Shown here: piece after piece, positions 31,204 through 41,331 of the stretch | Position numbering within the stretch: the first letter of the stretch is position 1 | Layout of the letters: each line of letters begins with the position of its first letter | IMG/VR virus record: IMGVR_UViG_3300045257_000098 | Length of the DNA stretch: 64,000 nucleotides | Strand: one strand, 5' to 3' | Source: an uncultured virus (IMG/VR IMGVR_UViG_3300045257_000098) | Taxonomy: Duplodnaviria > Heunggongvirae > Uroviricota > Caudoviricetes | Notes under the pieces: generated by a model | The model's database searches: none | Told to the model about the DNA's origin: nothing | What the model saw: the letters and a program-made list of their open reading frames with translations, nothing else | Position numbers and translations under genes: made by a program

Positions 31204-31700
31204 TCCTCTTTTTGGCTTCAGTAGTTGGCCTACAGGCCCAGTCCATGATGCACTACTTCTCAACCGGCAATGCCTTCCCGGTCTGGGTCAAGTACTCTGT
31301 GGTCAAGACATCTGGAAACTGGTTGATCAACGGCGGAAATTCCCAAGCGGCAGCGGGCGCAACCAGCCAAGCCATCACTCTGTTCACGTTGCCTGCGAAT
31401 GGCTACGTGCACAACATCCGCGCCAAGACCACTACAGCCTGCCTAGGAATCACGGCAATCACGCTGACCAGCTTCGGGAACACGGGGTCCGCCACGGCTT
31501 ATATCGCGGCACTGACCTACGACCTGAAAGCCGCTGTGAGCGCTACCAACATCAACATCCCGCTGTTGACCGGAGTCGGGTCGAACACCACTTCGACCAC
31601 CGCTGTCACGGCTACGATCAGCGGCACGGCACAAAACATCTCCTCCATCACTGATGGATGCGCGTTCGACGTGCATGTCCTGTGGAGTGTTCTCCCCTAA
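31191..31700 (+). CDS. signal-peptide-bearing beta-sandwich protein
   Basis: MRAIVLFLASVVGLQA-QS; one Cys pair. Confidence 0.6.
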   Translation: MRAIVLFLASVVGLQAQSMMHYFSTGNAFPVWVKYSVVKTSGNWLINGGNSQAAAGATSQAITLFTLPANGYVHNIRAKTTTACLGITAITLTSFGNTGSATAYIAALTYDLKAAVSATNINIPLLTGVGSNTTSTTAVTATISGTAQNISSITDGCAFDVHVLWSVLP

Positions 31701-34700
31701 TGTGGCGACTACTCATCCTCGGATTGCTGGCCTTACCTTGCTGGGCGGGGATCGGCACGCCCATATTGCTCGACCTCACGGACAGGTCTACGGTTGCACG
31801 CACGGGCAACGTGGTTCTCTCTGGCATCCCTATAGCCGAGGCTGCGGCAGTCTTGGATGTGAGTCTATTGGCCATCACCACAGCACCAAGTGGCGCGTGC
31901 GCGGGAGGAACCAATCTTGACTCTCATCGACTCGTAACGGAACGCTGGCACGGCAACCCGGATGATGTTACCAAGTCAATAAAGTTCATTCTGGTGGCTG
32001 TTTCCAGCCCCACGCTGGTTGGGTCCGGAACGGCTCATGTATGCTTGGCGGATCGCAGTGGATCTGATCCTGGAACAGCGACCACGGTCACGGTTAACTC
32101 ATCTGACACGTGCGCCGATGCCACAACTTGCACAACGATCTCGACTGGTGTAAACAAGTACTGGATACGGCATGACTATTTCAACCTATTTGACCAAGTT
32201 CGACGTACTTCGGATAGCCACGATTATGTTGCCCATTCTACTAGCGGCGGCATTGTGGCGGTTACATCCGCTGGCACGTTTACTAGTGCGACTGCCCCAA
32301 CCGCAACGCCCGGGATACCCGGATATGTGGTCACTGCCGAGCAACCCAGCGGAGCTAGCACCGCCAATGAAGATGGAGCCAACCTCTGGGCGCAAGTCAA
32401 GGTAAGCGGCGCTCTATGGGACGGCACCGCGCCAAAGTTCACCTACACCGGACGCCTGTTCTTCTTCGGCGGCGACGGCTCTTGGCTGTACAAAGGCACG
32501 AACATCTATAGCGAGGACATGTTCCTCCTGGCCAACCAGCCCACCTCAGTGGGTCTTTATATTCCTACGACCCTTGGCGCGAGTCTCACAGCTAAATTCG
32601 GCACGGTATACGGCACGCCATCCACGACCACCAACGTGGCTCTTACCAACGCGCAGAAGGTCTCAGGGATTCAGTACGACCATGGGAACATCGTTAGCAA
32701 CAGTGCCCCGACAATCGGAGGCACGGCTTCTGCGCCCGCGCCATGGTACGTATGCAACGACATAGGCGCACAGAACCTAGCTTCAACCATTAACTGTCCG
32801 GGACAGAACCTCGGAGGGTTCCGGATCGTGAAAGGCACGGTCACTCAAGCGGTTGGAACACAGTCGGATGGGTGGATGGGGCTGGATGATGGGACCAACC
32901 AAGCGAATGTTTGGATGCGGTACAACTGGCAGACCGCACCCAACCAGATCACCGCAGATGGAGACGTGATCAAGGTTTACCAGTGGCCCGCAGATGGGGA
33001 CACGCTCTGGGACGGTCGCTCGACGGGGGACCTCACATCCATCGTTGGCTACAAGCGGGATATGGCGCTGGCCCAGCAAACTGGCTTCTTCCAGTTTTGG
33101 CCGTGGGTCCCGGGGGCGGCCATGAACATGACCCCGCAATCACCCAACCCGGGAAGAGGATTCTTTTCCCTAGTGGATTCGTCCGCTGGAGGACCGGTGG
33201 TTCTATCAGGGTATGGCGTGAATTACAAATTCTCCAGTTCACCCTGCTCTGGGACCGGATGCAACTTCTGGCAAGCTTGTACGTTGAGCGGTGGCAAGTG
33301 CGTGTATGACTCGGCCAAAGCCCGCAGGGTGTTCGCCACAACTGCGTGGACCCCGATCAATGGCTACCTCATGGCCATGTGGACTGGGTCGAACACGGCC
33401 AATGGGTTGAATATCTGGCCAAATCTGGCGTTCTTCACCACTACGGGAACTCCGATCGATGTCAACGGGACTATCGGCACCCCTCCATCCTATTCTAGTG
33501 GAGTATCCGGGTGCGCAACCTCCAACGCAGCAGTGGTTACGTTCACCGAGGGCGGGGGATCGGGGGCACTGGGATCGGTCAAGACCGCCCTGGGGGTGCC
33601 AGCTGGCCCTGTGATCCTGGTGGCCTCGGGCACAGGTTACACAAGCCTACCAACCTCTGGGACGATTGGGGGATGCACTGGCACAGCGACCTTCACTGGC
33701 GGGAGCCTCAACACCCCTCCCCCTGGGTTTCTAGGAGCACCGGGAGTGGCTAAACTCGGAACAATTGACCCCATGAACACCTCGCAGATGGATAGTTTTG
33801 GCCGAAGCTGGGAAGTGAGAGGGAACTTCACCTCCTCAGGCGCGGCCAGTCCTGGCAACGATGCCGCCCGGTGGCGAGATACCCTCCTCTACACTAACCC
33901 CACTTATTTCTGCGATACCTCCAAAGTCCTGGGACCGATGCACGCCCGGGACACAGCCAACTTCCCACGCACCGAGGCCTTGATTGATAACTATTTCAAC
34001 AATCTCTACAAGCGGGCCTTGGTCAATAATCTGTTCGGAATCTACTATGGATTTGAACTCTACGGCGGTATTCCATCGGGGTTGGGAGGCAGGCAGATTG
34101 CCTCGATTGATCGACGCCGATATACCGTGGCCTACCCGGCACAGTTCTTCCGCACTGGGGACCCGAGGTTCTATCACCTGATGCAATCGGTTGCAATAGC
34201 CGCCGAGACCGAGATCCAGCATCCTCCACAGGTGAATGTGATCTCTGGCTATACGGGATGTTCAGGTCCGGGTCAGCCTGCCTGCGGAATTGACCACGTC
34301 CCCACATCGAGTACAAATGTGTTCTGGGACACCAAGCATTACACCGATTCCCTCAATAACCTAGTGGCCAAGCATGATGGTTCTCTCCGCTGCACCGAGG
34401 GCTGGGGAGCGAGTGTGTGGTTCCCGATTTACAACTCCTCACCCTCCCCTCTCCCAGGTGGAGGTGCTAACGTGGACCGGTGCCCAGACGGCCAGCAACC
34501 CTGGCTGGACTATCCCACGACCACCCTAAAGCTCAACTATCAGCTGAGTGGAGACCCTAGATCCAAGGATCTAGTCCAGTCTATCTCTAGAAATGCCCTA
34601 TTTGGCGCAAGCGGCGGGTCAAATATACGCACTCTGGTGATTGACGAGAATTCCGGGATGTACTCGGGTGGCGCTACTGGAAGGAGTTTCGGTGGGTCTA

Positions 34701-36457
34701 TGCAGGTATGGACTGACAGCGCCGAGTTATTAGGTAACTCAGTAACTAATTACATTGCAGGTGCAGATGCTGCTTTTGCGGCCAATATCCAGTTTCGTAA
34801 TGGAGTAAATGTATGGACCCAGAATCCTACGGGAATCTTATATGACGATACAGCTCTCGGACCGGCCTCCGCCACCCCTTCGGCTAGTGGCCATTCCCAT
34901 TATGGCTCTCATGTATTTGCTACTACGTGGTGTTACTTTTCCTGTGCAGAGTACATGTCCTATAAGGGGAATGTATCCATTGCTGCGCCTTCATATGCTA
35001 CTGGTCATGCTTCTGTAAATGTACAAACTTCTATGGTCAATATGGCCAAGGGAGTTCTGGGGTATTTCGATACCACCGCTAGGTCTGGAGGACTTTATTC
35101 ATATCTGTTTCCTGGAAGAATTGTGGCTGATGCTTATGCTGCGAATCCAGATGGTGAGTTCCTAAAGTACATCAAGAGAAGTTTGGATTTTCATTCCTGG
35201 GGCGCTGGAGATTCCGGCCCGGCTACTGGTTGCGTGGAGGGGGGTTCGACTACTCAAGTAGGGGATACTCCGTCCGTTCCGCCATCGGTTAATTGTGCAT
35301 CTCCCCTGGCATCTGGATCAGGCATTCCTCCATTCAACTTGGCATCGACGATCAATCCCAATGCCATGGCTCCATCAACTCCGGATATCCACATAGGGGG
35401 ACTGATGTCCCTAAGTTTTCCTTACCTAGAGTACCCATTGGTAGGACAAACGGTAACCGAACCTCTTACTGCACCTAGCTTCGCATTAATACCGTTATCT
35501 TCAGATACAAATTCTCCATTGACATGGGTCACGCATAAATCCGGTGGGAGTACAATCACCTTTCATTTGATCGCCAGGGTTGCAGTAACATCTGATTTTG
35601 GTAATCTATCAATCATCACTCCTTGGAGTGGAGATTTTACGGCGCAGGCTTTTGGACCAACCGGGGCAGCCGTCAATGGGATAACACTCCAGGATTCTGC
35701 TGGGCATACTTACACTGGATCACCCATGGCAGTGTTTAAGACTCCTACACAGAATTGGCCGCCAGGAGCCGGAGGAGGGACCGGTGCTTGTTTGACGGCT
35801 CCCGCTCCGCCATCCATCAACTACACTCTGGACGGACTAAACAATAAAGACAATCGAGATTTTTTGGTGACAATTCCGGCTTCGGCGGATGGAGATTATT
35901 CGTTTACGCTGACCGCTCAAGGTTGCGCTGACCCTACCTATGCTCCAGCCACCAGCCCACAGATCCCGGTGGCTACTATCCTATCTCCGTCTACCGGTAA
36001 TATAGACCTAGTAGCTTGTCAGAATGGATGTGGAGCGGCAACTAATTTTGTTAAGGTTGAGACTGGATCGTCTCTCGTGACAAATATAGGGGCCGGAGCC
36101 ACTAAATTTAGCGGAGATTCCAGTTCCAGATTTCAAACCATTGACCCCAATGGGAGCCTATATCGTGGAGGCACAACTAAGAACATCACTCCGGTGCCAG
36201 GTTGCTGGAATATCTCCCAGTTTGGACCATGGGCAAGCGAGTCCAATTTCCTGCTGACATATGGAGGAGTGGGCGGAGTTAAACCATTGCTCAGCGCAAG
36301 TTGTGCCTCGTTCTATGATTCACCATCTTATGGTAATCAGACATTCAGGCCAAATACACAAGCAAACAACCCATTTTTCCTGACATTCTTAGGATCTGGA
36401 GCAGTCACGATAATCCGTGGGCAGGTGGTCATAAACGGACAGGTGAAAATTAAGTGA
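31700..36457 (+). CDS. giant secreted-type protein, PcRGLX/YetA-like (polysaccharide lyase-like) architecture
   Basis: MWRLLILGLLALPCWA-G signal; VLSGIPI...ERWH...SIKFILV N-terminal barrel motif; FFRTGDPRFY toroid-like motif; many Cys. Confidence 0.5.
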   Translation: MWRLLILGLLALPCWAGIGTPILLDLTDRSTVARTGNVVLSGIPIAEAAAVLDVSLLAITTAPSGACAGGTNLDSHRLVTERWHGNPDDVTKSIKFILVAVSSPTLVGSGTAHVCLADRSGSDPGTATTVTVNSSDTCADATTCTTISTGVNKYWIRHDYFNLFDQVRRTSDSHDYVAHSTSGGIVAVTSAGTFTSATAPTATPGIPGYVVTAEQPSGASTANEDGANLWAQVKVSGALWDGTAPKFTYTGRLFFFGGDGSWLYKGTNIYSEDMFLLANQPTSVGLYIPTTLGASLTAKFGTVYGTPSTTTNVALTNAQKVSGIQYDHGNIVSNSAPTIGGTASAPAPWYVCNDIGAQNLASTINCPGQNLGGFRIVKGTVTQAVGTQSDGWMGLDDGTNQANVWMRYNWQTAPNQITADGDVIKVYQWPADGDTLWDGRSTGDLTSIVGYKRDMALAQQTGFFQFWPWVPGAAMNMTPQSPNPGRGFFSLVDSSAGGPVVLSGYGVNYKFSSSPCSGTGCNFWQACTLSGGKCVYDSAKARRVFATTAWTPINGYLMAMWTGSNTANGLNIWPNLAFFTTTGTPIDVNGTIGTPPSYSSGVSGCATSNAAVVTFTEGGGSGALGSVKTALGVPAGPVILVASGTGYTSLPTSGTIGGCTGTATFTGGSLNTPPPGFLGAPGVAKLGTIDPMNTSQMDSFGRSWEVRGNFTSSGAASPGNDAARWRDTLLYTNPTYFCDTSKVLGPMHARDTANFPRTEALIDNYFNNLYKRALVNNLFGIYYGFELYGGIPSGLGGRQIASIDRRRYTVAYPAQFFRTGDPRFYHLMQSVAIAAETEIQHPPQVNVISGYTGCSGPGQPACGIDHVPTSSTNVFWDTKHYTDSLNNLVAKHDGSLRCTEGWGASVWFPIYNSSPSPLPGGGANVDRCPDGQQPWLDYPTTTLKLNYQLSGDPRSKDLVQSISRNALFGASGGSNIRTLVIDENSGMYSGGATGRSFGGSMQVWTDSAELLGNSVTNYIAGADAAFAANIQFRNGVNVWTQNPTGILYDDTALGPASATPSASGHSHYGSHVFATTWCYFSCAEYMSYKGNVSIAAPSYATGHASVNVQTSMVNMAKGVLGYFDTTARSGGLYSYLFPGRIVADAYAANPDGEFLKYIKRSLDFHSWGAGDSGPATGCVEGGSTTQVGDTPSVPPSVNCASPLASGSGIPPFNLASTINPNAMAPSTPDIHIGGLMSLSFPYLEYPLVGQTVTEPLTAPSFALIPLSSDTNSPLTWVTHKSGGSTITFHLIARVAVTSDFGNLSIITPWSGDFTAQAFGPTGAAVNGITLQDSAGHTYTGSPMAVFKTPTQNWPPGAGGGTGACLTAPAPPSINYTLDGLNNKDNRDFLVTIPASADGDYSFTLTAQGCADPTYAPATSPQIPVATILSPSTGNIDLVACQNGCGAATNFVKVETGSSLVTNIGAGATKFSGDSSSRFQTIDPNGSLYRGGTTKNITPVPGCWNISQFGPWASESNFLLTYGGVGGVKPLLSASCASFYDSPSYGNQTFRPNTQANNPFFLTFLGSGAVTIIRGQVVINGQVKIK

Positions 36458-36464
36458 GGGCAAA

Positions 36465-39167
36465 ATGAGATTCAAGTTTGTATTTGTGGCGCTGGTTACG
36501 GTGGGCTCGGGTCTGGGGATGGAGCGGTATAATGGATGGTGCGACCAGGGCGGACAGAAGGTCAAAACCACTGGCAATTCCTCCTCTACTTTCGTGATGG
36601 CCAGCTTCCCGACCTGCCTCGTGACCGTATTCCAAACCGGAACGTTCACCCCGGCAACGATCTACGCGGATAACGCTGGTACGGTCCTCTCCAATCCCTT
36701 CACCGCAGACGCCTTCGGCCACTACTTCTTCTATGCCGTTGATGGCCGCTATGACGTAACCATGGTCGGGGGCACGCCATCTCCCGGAGTAAGCGCTTGG
36801 ACTCAGGGAGACATTCTGCTACAGGATGGTGGAGGCGGCGGTGGCGGAGGTGGCACGGTCGTTAGCGTTGGGTTGGCGGTTCCAACTTGGCTGTCTGTCA
36901 CCGGTTCTCCAATCAATTCGGCAGGAACACTGACTGTCAGCGCGGCCACAGGGCAGACTGCAAATCGCGTGATAGGGACTGGCAGCGGTTCTAGCTTTGG
37001 ACCGGTGGCCCTTACTACAGCCGACTTGCCGTTCACCTATGGCGGAAATACGACCAAGTTGGTCACGACAACGGGGGGCCTCACTTCGACCCACTGCGTG
37101 AACATTGATGCCAGCGGGAATTTCGTGGACTCCGGTGCCGTCTGCGGATCGGGTGGGACGGGAACAGTTACATCGGTAGGATTCAGCGCCTCCAGTGGAT
37201 TCGTAGTTGGCGGATCACCCATTACAACTACTGGAACCGTAACCCTTGGGATGCCTACCGGATGGACAACGGGTTCGCTATTGACTGGAGCCGGGGCCAA
37301 CCAGGTTCAGACACTACTGGTGGGTGGTGCTGATACCTTTCTTCAGGGAGGTTCGACGCCCGCATGGAGCAGTATCCCCAACTCGGATGACGGCACCCAT
37401 GCGGCTAAGTACAACACCTCGACTCACGCCTGGGGATCACAGGCTATAGGCTCAGTTACCAGTGTCGCGGCTACGGTTCCCAGTTGGCTGGCAGTGGCTG
37501 GTTCTCCGATCACGACCTCCGGGACTCTGGCTATCTCGGCTGCTGGAAGCCAAACATCCCACCGAGTTGTGGGGACTTTTTCCGGGTCTAGCGTGAGCCT
37601 GGGTGCGCTAACGACCGCCGACCTCCCGCTGACCTATACCGGAAACACCACCAAGGCCGTAACCTCGACCGGGGCGACGGTGAATGGCAATTGCGCCAAT
37701 TGGGACGCTAACGGAAACCTGGTGGACTCTGGAGGCACCTGTGGAGCCGGTTCTGGAGGTGGTACGGTCACGAGCGTGGCCTTCACTGCCCCGACCGGTT
37801 TCAATGTGACAGGTAGTCCAGTGGCTGGGGCCGGCACCATCGCCTTGGCTATGCCCACCTCTTGGGCCACAGGAGATTTGCTCATTGGAAACGGGGGCGC
37901 GAGTGTCACCAGATTGGCGATTGGCACGAATGGCCAGTGCTTGACCTCGAACGGAACGACTGGAGTGTGGGGTACTTGTGCTTCAACGGCCGGTACGGTT
38001 ACCTCGGTAGCATTGAGCTTCCCCGGGTTCACTGTGAGCGGCTCTCCGGTGACCACCAGCGGCACTCTTACTGTGGCCAATCCCCTTACTACTGAGGGCG
38101 ATATGGCCTACCTGCACTCCTCGGCATGGACTCGGCTTGGGGTGGGATCGAACGCGCAGTGCCTAAAATCGAACGGAACGATTCCAACGTGGGGAAGTTG
38201 CGGGACTGGAACGGTTACTTCCACTGCTCTGGCTGCACCAACCGGATTTACGGTTTCCGGTAGTCCTATAACCACGAGTGGGACTTTAACCCTTGGGATG
38301 CCCGCTGGCTGGTCGGCGGGAGACTTACTCCTCGGTAATGGAGCCAACTCAGTAGCGCGGCTTCCGGTAGGCGTGGCCGGAGCGGCACTGGTTTCAAACG
38401 GAACCACGGCTGGGTGGGGTGCAGTGGGGTCTGTATCGTCGGTCGCTCTGGCATTGCCTCCACAGTTTACAGTGAGCGGATCACCGATTACAAGCTCTGG
38501 AACGATCACCGGAAGCTGGGCTACTGTGGCGGCTCACCGATGGCTGGGTAATGCTACCGGTGGCACCACGACCCCCACATTTAGCGTTATCGGTGTAGCG
38601 GACTTGCCATTCACGTACTCAAATCCGGTTAATACGAAACTGGCCACAACAACCGGAACGCTGGTGGCTGGAGACTGCGTGTCCATCGGATCGGCTGGGG
38701 ATCTGGTGGACTCAGGAGTAGCTGGATGCGGCAGCGGGGGTGGGGGTGGCATAACGACCGTTCCCAATGGCGGTACGGGACTGACGAGCGGAGCCAGCGG
38801 TGGTGTTCCATACTTCAGTGGCGTCACCACCATGGCATCCTCGGCCCTGCTGGCACTGAACACTGTGGTGGTCGGGGGTGGCTTGGGCGGAGCCCCGCAT
38901 ACGACCGGCGTCACGGTTGATGTGTCCAATAACGTTGGCACCACCGGCACGCTCTCGACCGGCGTCGGCTCAGGATTGAGCGGTGCTCTGGTGCCGAAAC
39001 CCGGAACTTTATCTCAGGCGGGTAGTTGCAGTGGTGCGACCGAAGGGACCATCGCCCCAATTACGGACTCGACTACCAACACGTGGGGGGCTACAATCAC
39101 AGGGAGTGGCGCGTTCCACGTGCTGGGGTATTGTGACGGATCCGTGTGGAGCGTGATGGCGAAATGA
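36465..39167 (+). CDS. long tail fibre with GTVTSV...GSPITTSGTL repeats and N-terminal signal-like sequence
   Basis: N-terminal TVF..ATIYAD..NPFTAD..FFYA.DGRYDV domain; about seven repeat units; C-terminal EGTIAPITD...YCDGSVW. Confidence 0.75.
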   Translation: MRFKFVFVALVTVGSGLGMERYNGWCDQGGQKVKTTGNSSSTFVMASFPTCLVTVFQTGTFTPATIYADNAGTVLSNPFTADAFGHYFFYAVDGRYDVTMVGGTPSPGVSAWTQGDILLQDGGGGGGGGGTVVSVGLAVPTWLSVTGSPINSAGTLTVSAATGQTANRVIGTGSGSSFGPVALTTADLPFTYGGNTTKLVTTTGGLTSTHCVNIDASGNFVDSGAVCGSGGTGTVTSVGFSASSGFVVGGSPITTTGTVTLGMPTGWTTGSLLTGAGANQVQTLLVGGADTFLQGGSTPAWSSIPNSDDGTHAAKYNTSTHAWGSQAIGSVTSVAATVPSWLAVAGSPITTSGTLAISAAGSQTSHRVVGTFSGSSVSLGALTTADLPLTYTGNTTKAVTSTGATVNGNCANWDANGNLVDSGGTCGAGSGGGTVTSVAFTAPTGFNVTGSPVAGAGTIALAMPTSWATGDLLIGNGGASVTRLAIGTNGQCLTSNGTTGVWGTCASTAGTVTSVALSFPGFTVSGSPVTTSGTLTVANPLTTEGDMAYLHSSAWTRLGVGSNAQCLKSNGTIPTWGSCGTGTVTSTALAAPTGFTVSGSPITTSGTLTLGMPAGWSAGDLLLGNGANSVARLPVGVAGAALVSNGTTAGWGAVGSVSSVALALPPQFTVSGSPITSSGTITGSWATVAAHRWLGNATGGTTTPTFSVIGVADLPFTYSNPVNTKLATTTGTLVAGDCVSIGSAGDLVDSGVAGCGSGGGGGITTVPNGGTGLTSGASGGVPYFSGVTTMASSALLALNTVVVGGGLGGAPHTTGVTVDVSNNVGTTGTLSTGVGSGLSGALVPKPGTLSQAGSCSGATEGTIAPITDSTTNTWGATITGSGAFHVLGYCDGSVWSVMAK

Positions 39168-39181
39168 GAAAGGGAATCTAG

Positions 39182-39622
39182 ATGGCTGGCTCGATATTGA
39201 AAGACTGGCAAGGGCCGGATTGGCCGCTAGGGTTGATTGTCGTTCCCACACCAGGAACGCCCGTCTCGATCATGAGCCTGGTGGATGCTAATAACGTCAA
39301 CGATCCTTCGACGGCCAGCAATACGAGCACAGCGGAATATACGCAGCGGTTCAACCAGATCCGTTTTCAGGGAGTGAAGGCCGGGGCGAACGCGACCGGT
39401 CTGGTGAACAACGCCAACAATGTCTACATCGTCCGCAAGCCTACCGGAAATAACACCGGGAACAAATCGGATTATGGAGCCATTGTGGGCGTGGTGACAC
39501 CGGGGAACCTCTATACGCTAAACCTTAGCTCAGTCGACCGGGACATATGGAACCCGTATCGCTATAGGCTGGATGCTGATACCGCCAATGACTGCGCTCT
39601 GGTGACCGGGATCATCGGGTGA
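39182..39622 (+). CDS. Asn-rich virion protein
   Basis: 146 aa, 17 Asn, beta-rich. Confidence 0.55.
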   Translation: MAGSILKDWQGPDWPLGLIVVPTPGTPVSIMSLVDANNVNDPSTASNTSTAEYTQRFNQIRFQGVKAGANATGLVNNANNVYIVRKPTGNNTGNKSDYGAIVGVVTPGNLYTLNLSSVDRDIWNPYRYRLDADTANDCALVTGIIG

Positions 39623-39993
39623 GCACCTTGACTTTGCAGTGGTTCGACGCTGACGATGCCGTGGAAGTTATTAACCCGGTGATCGACTCGGAGCACTGGG
39701 CGGCGCTGAACGGACCCACGACAAGAGCCATTTGCGCCTTCGATGATAACGGTAATTTGGCTGGATTTTTCTGTTTACAGCTACATCCTTTGCTGGGCCC
39801 TCTTTGGGTCCGGGATGATGAGCGCGACGGAAATCTATCGCGTGAACTTGCTACGCGCATGGAGGAGTTTCTGAAGGGCATGGATTACCGGGGCGCGCTG
39901 GCTATTTGCGATTCGCCGGTATCGGAGCGTTTGTGCAAGCGGCAGGGAATGACCAAGCTGGAAGTACCAGTGTATTTAGCGAAAGGAGCCTAA
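39619..39993 (+). CDS. GNAT-like acetyltransferase-fold protein
   Basis: GPLWVRDDERDGNLSRELA...RLCKRQGM; usual position before podoviral ejection genes. Confidence 0.55.
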   Translation: MSTLTLQWFDADDAVEVINPVIDSEHWAALNGPTTRAICAFDDNGNLAGFFCLQLHPLLGPLWVRDDERDGNLSRELATRMEEFLKGMDYRGALAICDSPVSERLCKRQGMTKLEVPVYLAKGA

Positions 39994-40428
39994 GTGGGAC
40001 GACCGCCGATTCAAGGCACCGGATATGTCGTGATCGATCTGGGTTACAAAACTCCATGTTGTATTTGGCAGCACTCACGTAATAACCGTGGCTATGCGTT
40101 TCGCAAAAGCGAGACCAGTTGCCTTGTTCACCGTGCCGCATGGGAAGCCATTCATGGTCCTGTTCCGAAAGGATTGGAACTTGACCATCTTTGCAAGCGT
40201 GGCGCGAATGGTTGCGTAAATCCGGATCATCTTGAGGCAGTCAGTCATACACAAAATGTTCGACGTGGGAGTAGAGTCAAGTTAACGGAAGATAAGGTTC
40301 GCGAGGCTTTCGCTCGATACAAGAATGGCGAAACGCAGACTTCCATTGCGCGCGATATGGGAGTTCATTCCAGCATTATTAGTGAGGCCGTCAGGGGGAA
40401 AATATGGAAGGGAGTGGTATCCATATAG
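39994..40428 (+). CDS. HNH homing endonuclease with C-terminal HTH
   Basis: CIW...GY...VHRAAWE..HGPVPKGLELDHLC....CVNPDHLEAVSHTQN; KLTEDKV...IARDMGV. Confidence 0.9.
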   Translation: MGRPPIQGTGYVVIDLGYKTPCCIWQHSRNNRGYAFRKSETSCLVHRAAWEAIHGPVPKGLELDHLCKRGANGCVNPDHLEAVSHTQNVRRGSRVKLTEDKVREAFARYKNGETQTSIARDMGVHSSIISEAVRGKIWKGVVSI

Positions 40429-41003
40429 GCGGCTTTGCCGGTATCGGAAACTCGTCACAAAAAACTGACCGCGGTGCGCAACTTGGTGCAAGACAAGGAC
40501 TTTGGTCAGTTTATAATTACGGCTTGCCTACTGGCGAAAACATGCAGGCCAGCGCCACCAGCACCTTGGGAGGAGCGGAGAATTACTGGCACAATCTCCT
40601 GAGTGCCGGTCGCACGCAGACCGCGCAGAACGCGGCGCCTGCCATTCAGGCGCAGTTGGCCCAGGGCGATGCCGCCAGACGCGCCGAGGGCGTCATGGGC
40701 ACGAACCGTGTCGGTGGAACAAACGCTCTCAACCGGGAAGCTGGGGCCGGAACATCGCGCGGGATTGACGATCTGATTTCGCAGACCATGACGGGCGGGA
40801 GAGCTATGGCCGCTCAAGGATTGCAAACCGATGCACAGATCAAGTTTGCCGATGCGGCCAACCTGTTGGGTCTGGGCACCAGGAGCGTGGAGGATATCAT
40901 TCAGAACGCCACGAACTCTAGGCTGATCTCGAACAACATCGACCGGCAAGCGATCAATGACGTGGGCACTACTGTAGGAGCTTTGCTGGGGGCGATACCA
41001 TGA
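40404..41003 (+). CDS. putative ejection (internal virion) protein
   Basis: Gly/Ala/Gln-rich, hydrophobic C-terminal tip, first of the ejection block. Confidence 0.55.
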   Translation: MEGSGIHIGGFAGIGNSSQKTDRGAQLGARQGLWSVYNYGLPTGENMQASATSTLGGAENYWHNLLSAGRTQTAQNAAPAIQAQLAQGDAARRAEGVMGTNRVGGTNALNREAGAGTSRGIDDLISQTMTGGRAMAAQGLQTDAQIKFADAANLLGLGTRSVEDIIQNATNSRLISNNIDRQAINDVGTTVGALLGAIP

Positions 41004-41013
41004 GGATAACGCT

Positions 41014-41331
41014 ATGAGTTGGGCAGATGTCGGAAGGTGGGTCAAGACCTACGGGCAGAATCTTGCAAGCGAAGTCTCTGGTGGCGGACCGGCTGCGCAC
41101 AAAGCCTTCACCCGCAAGCCCAAGCCCGGAGATTCATCTACCAGCGCCGTTACCGGTGTGTCTACAAATTCTGGCATGCCAGCATCCAGTTATGGATCTG
41201 ATGCTGATCTTGGAGAGTACAAACGGGGCGGTAAGGTTCCCAGGACCGGTATCGCCAAGCTGCACAAGGGTGAGATCGTTCTTACTCGTTCCCAAGCCAA
41301 AACCTTCAGCCGCAAGAAGGGCCGCAAGTAA
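41014..41331 (+). CDS. small basic virion protein with YKRGG motif
   Basis: YKRGGKVPRTGIAKLHKGEIVL, basic tail. Confidence 0.55.
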   Translation: MSWADVGRWVKTYGQNLASEVSGGGPAAHKAFTRKPKPGDSSTSAVTGVSTNSGMPASSYGSDADLGEYKRGGKVPRTGIAKLHKGEIVLTRSQAKTFSRKKGRK

